Positions 49,280 to 57,656 of a stretch of 64,000 nt of DNA are shown in pieces. The DNA comes from a bacterium (GTDB lineage Bacteria > Myxococcota_A > Bradymonadia > REDH01). The position numbers and the translations under genes are program-made. Position 1 is the first letter of the stretch, and every line of letters starts with the position of its first letter. The notes below the pieces were generated by a model, which was not told where the DNA came from, did not search any database, and saw only the letters and a list, made by a program, of their open reading frames with translations. Where the stretch lies: contig JAUICO010000008.1 of NCBI GenBank assembly GCA_030427825.1, positions 513 through 64,512 on the forward strand. The letters run 5' to 3'.

Positions 49280-51064
49280 ATGCACTACGAATACCGAACG
49301 CTTGCCCAGTCCATTGTCGACTCAGCGGCGAGGTATCCCAACAACACGATGACCTTTCAGGACAGCTCCGGCGCTGAAACGAGCTACACCTATCCTGAGT
49401 TTGAGAAACGCACCGCAGAAGTAGCCGCCGGCATGCAGGCGCGCGGAATGAAGCAGGGGGACACGGTTGGACTCGTGATCATCGAGCCGGAAGATTTCGT
49501 GACCACCTTCATGGCTGCACAGCGTATCGGTGTGATTCCGGTGCCGCTGTACCCGCCGATGTCGATGGCGGATCTCGACGCCTATCTGGGCAAGCTCACC
49601 CGCATCGTTACAGATGCAGGGGCGACCGCGATGATCGTGTCCGATCGCCTGAAGCTGGTGCTCTTTCAGCTTGTCGACCGCGTCCCGTCCCTGAAGCGTA
49701 TCGAGATCGCATCGAAGCTGGCAAGCCCCGGAAAGACACCGGACTATCCGGTCGTCGAGCTCGACGACATCTCCTTCCTTCAATACACGTCCGGGTCGAC
49801 GTCGGACCCGAAAGGCGTAGTCGTCACCCACCGAAGCCTCAGCGCCAACGCGCAGGCAACCCTGTACGCAGGCCTGGAAGGCGGCGACTTCGACACGACC
49901 GTCAGCTGGCTGCCGTTGTACCACGACATGGGCCTCATCGGGTTCGTGATCATGCCGCTGATCGCCGGCATGAACGCGGTGTTCATCCCAACGATGCGCT
50001 TCCTAAAGCGACCGAATACGTGGATGGAGACGGTCAGCCGACACCGTGGGACCATCACGTTCTGCCCGCCCTTTGCGCTCGCGCTCGCTGCGCGTCGCGC
50101 GAAGTCGAAGCAGCTCGATAGCTGGGACCTTTCCTCGTTGCGCGTCGTTGGCGTCGGCGCGGAGCCGATCAACGCCGATGGTGTGCGACAGTTCACCGAC
50201 CTCTTTCATTCGCGCTGTAATCTGCCGAAGAACGCGGTCCTCTCGGCCTACGGCATGGCAGAAGCGACGCTCGCGATGTCGCTCAAGCGGGTCAACGAAC
50301 CGCTGAAGACCCGCTTCATCAATCATCAGACCTTCCAGGACGAAGGCATCGCCGTCGAGCGCACTCCCGGCAAAGAGGCGATCGAGCATGTCTCGTGCGG
50401 CGTCACGTTTCCCGGACACGAGGTCGCGGCGTTCACGGAACACGGCGTCGAATGCGCCGAAGGTGTCGAGGGCGAGCTTCGCTTTCGCGGCCCCTCGGTC
50501 GCTGCCGGATACCTCGGAAACGCAGAGGCCACGGCAGAGACCTTCCTCTCTGACGGTTGGCTGCGCACCGGCGATCTCGGCTACATTCATGAAGGTGAGA
50601 TCTACGTCACCGGGCGCATGAAGGACCTGATCATCGTCAACGGCCGGAACATTCATCCACAGGCCATCGAGTGGCCGCTCTACGAAATTGAGGGGGTACG
50701 CCGCGGCAACGTCGTAGCGTTCTCGCGTCCCGGCGACTCTACAGAAGAGCTGGTTATCGTCGTCGAGACCCGCGGAGAAGCACCTGAGGGCATGGTCAAC
50801 GCCATCCGCGAGTGCGTACAGACCGAGTTTGGTCTGGCCGTCGGCGACGTACGCGTGCTGCCGGCAGGCCACCTTCCCAAGACCTCATCCGGCAAGCTGC
50901 AGCGTCGACGTACGCGACAGCTCTACCTGTCGGGCCGCCTTGGCGTGGAAGGTTCACGCCAGATGGGGACCAACGCATCGAAGGTCTCACTTGCCCGTCA
51001 CGTCGCGCGCTCCATGTGGTCGCGCGTGAAGCAGGCAACACTCAGCCTGATGGTGTTTCGATAG
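49280..51064 (+). CDS. fatty acyl-AMP ligase (FAAL)
   Basis: ATG at 49280 preceded by GGGGGA. FLQYTSGSTSDPKGVVVTHRSL (FAAL-type A3 motif), YGMAEATLA, GDLGYIHEGEIYVTGRMKDLIIVNGRNIHPQ, LPKTSSGKLQRR. No C-terminal carrier domain. Confidence 0.85.
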   Translation: MHYEYRTLAQSIVDSAARYPNNTMTFQDSSGAETSYTYPEFEKRTAEVAAGMQARGMKQGDTVGLVIIEPEDFVTTFMAAQRIGVIPVPLYPPMSMADLDAYLGKLTRIVTDAGATAMIVSDRLKLVLFQLVDRVPSLKRIEIASKLASPGKTPDYPVVELDDISFLQYTSGSTSDPKGVVVTHRSLSANAQATLYAGLEGGDFDTTVSWLPLYHDMGLIGFVIMPLIAGMNAVFIPTMRFLKRPNTWMETVSRHRGTITFCPPFALALAARRAKSKQLDSWDLSSLRVVGVGAEPINADGVRQFTDLFHSRCNLPKNAVLSAYGMAEATLAMSLKRVNEPLKTRFINHQTFQDEGIAVERTPGKEAIEHVSCGVTFPGHEVAAFTEHGVECAEGVEGELRFRGPSVAAGYLGNAEATAETFLSDGWLRTGDLGYIHEGEIYVTGRMKDLIIVNGRNIHPQAIEWPLYEIEGVRRGNVVAFSRPGDSTEELVIVVETRGEAPEGMVNAIRECVQTEFGLAVGDVRVLPAGHLPKTSSGKLQRRRTRQLYLSGRLGVEGSRQMGTNASKVSLARHVARSMWSRVKQATLSLMVFR

Positions 51065-51075
51065 AGAAGGTGGGC

Positions 51076-51098
51076 CTCGCCGAGCGATTCTCGGCGAG
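51076..51098 (+). promoter_or_regulatory. strong hairpin in the FAAL-PKS spacer (attenuator, stabiliser or weak terminator)
   Basis: CTCGCCGAG-cgatt-CTCGGCGAG, a perfect 9-bp stem 12 nt after the FAAL stop. No T-tract follows. Confidence 0.4.
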
Positions 51099-51275
51099 AG
51101 AGCTGCGATCGGGCACGTCGCAACGACGGGGCACCCGCAGTCTCAACGAGCGAGACGACGACCCTTTCGCAAACTATGCGCTTGTGCGGGTGTGCAACTC
51201 CCGCTCTGAACTCGGCAGCGAACGCATTCACGTACAGCACGCCGATGCTGCCACATCTGACCCGGACCCCAGCCG

Positions 51276-54200
51276 ATGACCCAGAACTCTGCCATTGCAA
51301 TCGTCGGAATGGCCTGCCGTTTCGCCGGCGCAGACTCCCTTCAAGAGTATTGGCGCATGTGTGTGGAGGGCCGAGACGGGTTCAGCTCGGTGCCGGCGGA
51401 CCGTTGGGATGCCGACGCGTTCTACTCGGAGAACAAGCGCTCCTTCGACAAGAGCTATGCACCTCGTGGCGGCTTCATTGAAGACGTTCGCAGTTTTCCT
51501 GCCGTCGAGCTGCAGATTCCGCCGCGACGCGTCGAGGTCATGGATCCGCAACAGCGCATGACCATCGAGCAGGGGTTGCTGGCCATTGAGGATGCCGGCT
51601 GTGGGATCGGCGATATGCCCCGACGCACCGGCGTGTTTGTCGGCGTTACGGCCACGGAGTGGAAGACGCTGATGTCTTCGCGAATCACCGCCCAGCTGAT
51701 GGCCAGCGGCGACTTCGGAGACGCCCCTGAAGACACCGAAGCGCTGGCCAGAGCGGTCAGCCGTGTGGTGCCGCCCAGAGCCTTCACCGCGCCCGGCGCC
51801 CTCGCGAACATGGCCGCCTGCTCGGTCGCTCAGGAGCTCAAGCTCGCAGGGCCCGCCTACACCGTCGACGCAGCATGCTCGTCTGCGCTCATCGCCGTCC
51901 ATGACGCTGTGGCTCAGCTGCGCGCCGGCCTCATAGACGCGGCCCTCGCCGGCGGTGTGTATATCTGCCTGACTCCGGAGCACCACATCGCCTTCTCCCG
52001 CATCGGCGCGATGAGTGCCTCCGGCTACTGCCGACCTTTCGACGCCCGCGCCGATGGCTTCGTACAGGGAGACGGATGCGGCATGCTCGTCCTCAAGCGT
52101 CTCGACGACGCGCTTGCACACGGCGACCGCATCTATGCAACCATCCGGGGCATCGCGGCAAACAATGACGCCGGCGAAGCGGGACCTATGGCCCCCGTGC
52201 AGGCAAGCCAGACCGCCGTCATCCGGGAAGCGTGGCAGGGCTCCGGATGCGACCCCGCACAGCTGGGTTACGTCGAGGCACACGGCACGGGAACCCTCGC
52301 CGGTGACAAAGCCGAGTTTGACGGTTTGGTGGCAGCGATTGGCGTTCAGGTGCGTGACGCAGCGCTCGGCTCGAGCAAAGCAAACATCGGGCACACCATG
52401 TCCGCCGCGGGGGTGGCGGGCGTTATTCGAGCCGCCCTTGCCCTGCATCACCAGACCGTACCGCCGATGGCGAGCTTCGAGCACGCGAAGAGCGACCTTG
52501 GAATCGACGCAAGCGGTTTTCGGATCCCCACCGCCGCCACCCCCTGGACCGAGACGGAGCGGCTCGCGTCGGTCAGCGCCTTTGGTTTCGGCGGCACCAA
52601 TGTGCACGTAGTCCTCTCCTGTGCCCCCGGTCTCGAATCGACGCAACAGCCCGCCGATCAGGCGGAGCTGGTCCTGATCTCGGGGCCGGATGAACCCGGA
52701 CTGCGCGCTCTGGCGGCGGCGACGGCAGACGCGATCGAATCGGACGCCGCGATCACAGTCGCCGCGGTGGCTCGCGCCTGGTCGACGCGCCGTCCACTGA
52801 GATGGCGTCTGGGTGTCGTCGCTGAATCCCGCGAGCAGCTCATCGAGCGCCTGCGCGCGGTCGCCGAAGACCGTCGTTGTGACGGTGTAGAGCTGCACGA
52901 GGCAAAGCGCTCGCCGAAGGTGGCGTTTCTCTATCCGGGCCAGGGCGCCCAACGCACCGGCATGATCGCCGGAATTCGCGACCGCTTTCCCGTTGTCGCC
53001 GACACCATCGCCAAACTCGAAGCAGCAGCCGATGGCAGGACGCGGCTTCCACTCAGCCACTACCTTTACCCAGAGCGCCGCGCGCAGTCGGTGTCCGACG
53101 ATGAAGCCACGGCGGAAATCACGGCCACTGAGAACTGCCAGCCGGTGCTCTACGCGGTCGCTGTCGCGCTCACGCGGCTGCTTTCGCAGGTGGGCGTAAG
53201 ACCGGCGATGGCCGCCGGACACAGCGTCGGAGAGTTTGCCGCGGCTGCCGCTGTTTCGCTTGTCAGCGACGAAGACGGGCAGCGCTTCGTGTGTGCTCGC
53301 GGTCGGGCGATGGGCGACATGCAGGGAGACAGGGGCGCGATGCTCGCAATCCGCGGCGGCGTCGATGTCGCCGAGCCGCTGTTGGTGGACGGCGCAATCA
53401 TCGCGAACGTGAACCACCCGACGCAGGTGGTTATCTCGGGACGAACGGAGGCCATCGACAGGGTGCAGGCGCGCGCCGAAGCCGCCGATGTGCGCGCCGT
53501 GCGCCTTGGAGTCAGCCACGGTTTTCACTCGGAAGTTTTTGACGGACTCGACCTCAGCGATGCGGTCGACGCTGTCTCGTTTCGCAGGGCAGATGCACCT
53601 GTGATCTCGTGCATCACGGGCGAGGCCTACGACAACGCTGAGCGGGGCCGCGACATATTCAACCGCCACGCAACATCCCCGGTCGACTTTGTTCAGACCT
53701 TGAACGCGTGCTCGGACGAAGGCGCAGACATCTTCCTTCAGGTCTCGGCCGGCGGGCCGGTGCTGACCTTTGCGAAGCGCACCCTCAAGGGCCGTAGCGA
53801 TGACATCGTATCACTCGCGACGAACCGCGATGACGACGGCGGCGCGTCGCTTCTCCAGGGACTCGCTGCATTGTGGACACGCGGCGTGGATATGGACCTG
53901 CGTGCGATCACGGCGGCGTCAGCTCCAGCCAGCCTGCCGCCATCCAGGCTGCCGCGCGAAGCCTACTGGTGCATACGAGCGGGCCAGGGTGTGGCCGCCG
54001 AGATCAGCGGCGCTTCGAGCGATCGGCACAGCGGCACGAGCCTCGGCGGTGGTGGCGAAAGCCCGGTCGAAGCGCCCACATCTGCGGCACCCGAAGGCGA
54101 CGGCAGAGTCGAGGCCGCCGTATATGGCGCGGTGTCCCGGGCAAGCGCATACCCGCTCGACTCGCTGCGCGGCGACATGCGTTTGATCGAGGACCTCGGC

Positions 54201-57200
54201 TTCGACTCGATGATGACCGCCGACCTCGTCGAGGAACTCACGCGGACAATTGACGGTGTCACCGCGATTCCGCGCGAGCTGCTGATGCGCAGCCCGACCC
54301 TGCAGGATATGGTCGATTTCTGCGAGTCGCCGGGCGAAACCACCGATCCCTCAGCGGACCACGAGCCGCTGCTTCGATACGTTCCGGACTGGCATCGCTC
54401 CGAGCTGACGGCACCGGGCTCCCTGCTCCACGGCGACTCCCATGTTTGGATTGCAGGGCCCAACGACATGCTTGCTTCAGTTGTGTCAACGACCCTGCAA
54501 TCGCTCGGTGCCACCACGGAACGGGTCGCCGGCGACGCGACTCTGAACAAATCGGCGTCACTCGTTGTGTGGTGCGAGACAGACGACATGCCCGCACCTG
54601 TTGCGACGATCGCTGGGGGCGACGACGGGCGGCTGCACGACGCCCGCGCGTTGATCGACGTTCTCGCCCGGGCGAAGAACGCCGGCTCGGAGCCGAGCCT
54701 CATCGTGTGTGCAAACATTGATGACGTGTGGGCAGAGGGCTGCGGCGGCGTTGCGCGCGCAATGTCAAAGGAGTGGCCGGACGCGTGTGCGCGGTTCCTG
54801 CGCTTTGAGCGAGGCCTCAGCGCCCGGGATCGAGCGCAGATCGTCGCGAACGAATGCAGCAGAGACGATCGCTCGACAGACGTCTTGTATCGGGACGGAC
54901 TTCGCTACGTTGCATCACAGCAGCTGCGCGAAGACCTCGCACCCTGGGCCGCCGCGGCAGACGACTGCGTGCTGATTACCGGCGGCACCCGTGGGATCGG
55001 ACTCAAGCTCGCTCGCAGGCTGGCGCCGAGCGGTGCGACCCTTCTGCTACTGAGTCGCAGCGAGGCCGAGGGCGAATGTGCGGAGTGGATCGCAAACACT
55101 CCTACGGTCCATCATGTGCGCGCTGACGTAACAGACCCGGGCGCCCTGCGTTCGGGCCTCGCCGGCTACCCCGCCGTCACCACACTCGTCCATGCCGCCG
55201 GTGTGCTCGCCGATGGCCCCGTCGAAAGCAGCGACGCAGAGCGCGGGCGCCTCGCGAGAGAGACCAAGGCCCGTGGCTGGGCCTGCGCCCTCGAAGCGTG
55301 CGGCCAAAGCTTGAAGCGCGCGCTCGTTGTCGGTTCGTGGGCGGGACGCTTCGGCAATCGGCATCAGAGTCACTACGCCTCCGCAAACGCGCTGGTCTCG
55401 GCGCTGACAACTGCAGCGCCCGACGGTGTGCAGGCGGCTTGCGCGGAATACGGCCCCTGGATCGACTCCGAGATGGCGGCGACGATTCCGACGGCGATCC
55501 GCGCCGCAATGCGAAACGATGGTGTGGACTTTGTAGGCGATGAGGCCGGCATCGACGCCCTGCTCCGTGATCTGAGCGCAGGCGGTGCGTCGATCCGCGG
55601 TCGTCGCATCCCGTCGAGTGGACGTCGCAAGACCACACACCAGAGGCTCGCGGTCGACACGCACCCCTTCCTCGCTGATCACGCGATCGGTGACGTTCCT
55701 GTGTTTCCGCTCGCATCGGCGGCAGATCTGTGCGCGCACGCCGCCGGCGTCGCGACCCCATTCGAGCTGGCCTCACTTGAGCTCTTTGATGGCATCCGGG
55801 TGACCCGCCCGGTCGAAGTCACCGCAGAAGCGACCAACGACCGGGTTGAGCTGAGCTCAGAGGGGGTGGTTCGCTATCGCGCGCGGGTTCCCGCCGCGCC
55901 GGGCGACCTGAACATCGAAGACCGTCTCATCGGGGGCGAGGCACCGTCGATGAGCCTCGATACGTTCTACTCCGATGTCACTTTTCATGGCCCGTTGCTC
56001 GCGGGTATCGTTTCTATCGACGGTATCGGCGACGACTTTGTACGCGGCAGGATCCGCACATCGAAGCCGGTGGACTGGATCCCCGGCAGCCACCGTTCAG
56101 CGTGGAGTATCGATCCGCTCGCGTTAGACAGCGCGTTTCAACTCGCCGCCTATGTTGCCTGGAACCGATACCAGCGCGCGGGTACGCCCGTGTCTCTGGA
56201 CCGCTATGTTCAGCTCAAGCCGATGCCTGAGGGCGAAGTGTACGCCGACGTTCGATTCGGCGAACGGGACGACGACCGGTTCAGAGCGGACATCACACTG
56301 CGCGACGAACAGGGAGACGTTGTGGCCGCGGTTCGCGGCGTGACAGCGGTCCTGAGCGTCGTTGAGGATGCGTCGGATAACGGCGAGACAGCCGTTTCGA
56401 AGGCGGATGCGGCCCCGGACCCCGGTACACAATACACGCCCCCCGCAGAGCATGTGGACCCGGACGAGTGGCCCGAAGTTCGCGACATTCAGATGAAGAC
56501 GATGGCGGTGAAGGCCTTCGGACTCAAGGACCCGTACTTCGACCTGCACGATGGCACGGCGCGCGACACCTCACTCGTCGGCGGCCGAGAAGTCATCAAT
56601 TTCTCTTCATACAATTATCTCGGCTACTCGGGAGACAGCCGCGTCATCGCGGATGTGGAAAAGGCGATTCATCAATTCGGCACCTCCGTCAGCGCGTCAC
56701 GCGTTGCGTCGGGCGAACGGCCGTTTCACCGCAACCTGGAGGCAGCGCTCGCCAAGGCAAACGACTGCGACGACGCGATCGTTTTTTCGGGAGGCCACGC
56801 GACAAACGTAAACGTAATCGGCCACCTGTTTGGTCCGAAAGACCTCATCCTGCACGATGAGCTGGTCCACGACTCCTGCCTCCAGGGGATCAAGCTATCG
56901 GGGGCTGCGCGACGCGGTTTTCGACACGACGACGTAGAGCATCTGGAGAGTCAGCTGCGCGAACTGCGGCCGCACTACGAGAAAGTGCTCATCGTCATCG
57001 AAGGTGTGTACTCGATGGACGGCGACATCTCGAACATACCCGGATACGTCGCCCTGCGCGCAAAGTACGGCGCGCTGCTCATGATCGACGAGGCACACTC
57101 TTTCGGCACAGTCGGCGCCACCGGCCTTGGTGTGCGTGAGCACTTCGGGCTTCGCGGATGTGATGCGGATATTTGGATGGGTACGATGTCGAAGTCCCTC

Positions 57201-57656
57201 GCATCGATGGGCGGCTGGGTCTCAGGCAAGGCGTCGCTCATCAAGTATCTGCGATACTCGGCGCCCGGCTTTGTCTTCGCGGCGGGAATCCCTCCCGCCC
57301 TCGGACAGGCCGCGCTCTCGTCACTCGAGCTGATGCTGCAGGAGCCGGAACGCGTTGTGACGCTGCAACACAACTGCGCATACTTCTTCAAAGAGCTGTC
57401 CTCGCACGGAATCAACACCGGCCCCGCGCTCGGAGAGTCCCCGGTCGTACCCGTCATTACCGGCGACTCGATGAAGGCGCTCAAGCTGTCCGAAATTCTG
57501 CTGGATCGCGGGATCAACGCGAAGCCGATCATCTACCCGGCGGTCGCCGAGGACGCCGCGCGGCTCCGCTTCTTCCTCTCATCCACACATTCTGAAGAGC
57601 AGCTCAAGCACACGGCCGCGATGATCGCGCAGATATTGAGCGAACTGAGCGAGTGA
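51276..57656 (+). CDS. type I polyketide synthase, KS-AT-ACP-KR-DH, fused to a C-terminal alpha-oxoamine synthase (SPT/AONS-like, PLP-dependent)
   Basis: One continuous 2126-aa ORF. Motifs: DAACSSAL, EAHGTGT, NIGHT (KS); GHSVGE, VSHGFHS (AT); LGFDSMM (ACP); ITGGTRGIG, HYASAN (KR); HPFLADHAIGDVPVFP, ALDSAFQ (DH); DEAHSFG, GTMSKSL (AOS). Confidence 0.9.
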   Translation: MTQNSAIAIVGMACRFAGADSLQEYWRMCVEGRDGFSSVPADRWDADAFYSENKRSFDKSYAPRGGFIEDVRSFPAVELQIPPRRVEVMDPQQRMTIEQGLLAIEDAGCGIGDMPRRTGVFVGVTATEWKTLMSSRITAQLMASGDFGDAPEDTEALARAVSRVVPPRAFTAPGALANMAACSVAQELKLAGPAYTVDAACSSALIAVHDAVAQLRAGLIDAALAGGVYICLTPEHHIAFSRIGAMSASGYCRPFDARADGFVQGDGCGMLVLKRLDDALAHGDRIYATIRGIAANNDAGEAGPMAPVQASQTAVIREAWQGSGCDPAQLGYVEAHGTGTLAGDKAEFDGLVAAIGVQVRDAALGSSKANIGHTMSAAGVAGVIRAALALHHQTVPPMASFEHAKSDLGIDASGFRIPTAATPWTETERLASVSAFGFGGTNVHVVLSCAPGLESTQQPADQAELVLISGPDEPGLRALAAATADAIESDAAITVAAVARAWSTRRPLRWRLGVVAESREQLIERLRAVAEDRRCDGVELHEAKRSPKVAFLYPGQGAQRTGMIAGIRDRFPVVADTIAKLEAAADGRTRLPLSHYLYPERRAQSVSDDEATAEITATENCQPVLYAVAVALTRLLSQVGVRPAMAAGHSVGEFAAAAAVSLVSDEDGQRFVCARGRAMGDMQGDRGAMLAIRGGVDVAEPLLVDGAIIANVNHPTQVVISGRTEAIDRVQARAEAADVRAVRLGVSHGFHSEVFDGLDLSDAVDAVSFRRADAPVISCITGEAYDNAERGRDIFNRHATSPVDFVQTLNACSDEGADIFLQVSAGGPVLTFAKRTLKGRSDDIVSLATNRDDDGGASLLQGLAALWTRGVDMDLRAITAASAPASLPPSRLPREAYWCIRAGQGVAAEISGASSDRHSGTSLGGGGESPVEAPTSAAPEGDGRVEAAVYGAVSRASAYPLDSLRGDMRLIEDLGFDSMMTADLVEELTRTIDGVTAIPRELLMRSPTLQDMVDFCESPGETTDPSADHEPLLRYVPDWHRSELTAPGSLLHGDSHVWIAGPNDMLASVVSTTLQSLGATTERVAGDATLNKSASLVVWCETDDMPAPVATIAGGDDGRLHDARALIDVLARAKNAGSEPSLIVCANIDDVWAEGCGGVARAMSKEWPDACARFLRFERGLSARDRAQIVANECSRDDRSTDVLYRDGLRYVASQQLREDLAPWAAAADDCVLITGGTRGIGLKLARRLAPSGATLLLLSRSEAEGECAEWIANTPTVHHVRADVTDPGALRSGLAGYPAVTTLVHAAGVLADGPVESSDAERGRLARETKARGWACALEACGQSLKRALVVGSWAGRFGNRHQSHYASANALVSALTTAAPDGVQAACAEYGPWIDSEMAATIPTAIRAAMRNDGVDFVGDEAGIDALLRDLSAGGASIRGRRIPSSGRRKTTHQRLAVDTHPFLADHAIGDVPVFPLASAADLCAHAAGVATPFELASLELFDGIRVTRPVEVTAEATNDRVELSSEGVVRYRARVPAAPGDLNIEDRLIGGEAPSMSLDTFYSDVTFHGPLLAGIVSIDGIGDDFVRGRIRTSKPVDWIPGSHRSAWSIDPLALDSAFQLAAYVAWNRYQRAGTPVSLDRYVQLKPMPEGEVYADVRFGERDDDRFRADITLRDEQGDVVAAVRGVTAVLSVVEDASDNGETAVSKADAAPDPGTQYTPPAEHVDPDEWPEVRDIQMKTMAVKAFGLKDPYFDLHDGTARDTSLVGGREVINFSSYNYLGYSGDSRVIADVEKAIHQFGTSVSASRVASGERPFHRNLEAALAKANDCDDAIVFSGGHATNVNVIGHLFGPKDLILHDELVHDSCLQGIKLSGAARRGFRHDDVEHLESQLRELRPHYEKVLIVIEGVYSMDGDISNIPGYVALRAKYGALLMIDEAHSFGTVGATGLGVREHFGLRGCDADIWMGTMSKSLASMGGWVSGKASLIKYLRYSAPGFVFAAGIPPALGQAALSSLELMLQEPERVVTLQHNCAYFFKELSSHGINTGPALGESPVVPVITGDSMKALKLSEILLDRGINAKPIIYPAVAEDAARLRFFLSSTHSEEQLKHTAAMIAQILSELSE
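51288..52610 (+). other. PKS domain: ketosynthase
   Basis: IAIVGMACRFAG; active-site Cys201 in VDAACSSAL (nt 51876..51878); His in EAHGTGT and NIGHT. Confidence 0.9.
52917..53795 (+). other. PKS domain: acyltransferase (malonyl-type predicted)
   Basis: FLYPGQGAQ, GHSVGE (Ser650), R675, and an HGFH variant of the HAFH malonyl signature. Confidence 0.8.
54108..54329 (+). other. PKS domain: acyl carrier protein (the only one)
   Basis: LIEDLGFDSMMTADLVEEL. Ser978 (nt 54207..54209) is the predicted phosphopantetheine site. Confidence 0.8.
54390..55595 (+). other. PKS domain: ketoreductase (structural plus catalytic subdomains)
   Basis: CVLITGGTRGIGLKLARRL, HAAGVLADG (LxD, B-type-like), K1331, S1354, Y1367 (HYASAN). 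Confidence 0.75.
55638..56360 (+). other. PKS domain: dehydratase (PS-DH hot-dog fold)
   Basis: HPFLADHAIGDVPVFPLA resembles HPLL...HxxxGxxxxP. Downstream IDPLALDSAFQLAAY resembles the DxxxQ motif. Confidence 0.65.
56493..57653 (+). other. PKS domain: alpha-oxoamine synthase (class II aminotransferase fold)
   Basis: INFSSYNYLGYSGD, FSGGHATN, DEAHSFGTVGATGLG, GTMSKSLASMGG (Lys1973, nt 57192..57194, as PLP lysine). Confidence 0.85.

Noticed and set aside
51228-53669. 813-aa ORF on the minus strand opposite the PKS gene.
   Set aside because: It is antisense to a CDS carrying unambiguous KS and AT motifs. Its product is Arg/Gly/Ala/His-rich with no motifs. This is a typical stop-poor antisense frame in high-GC DNA.
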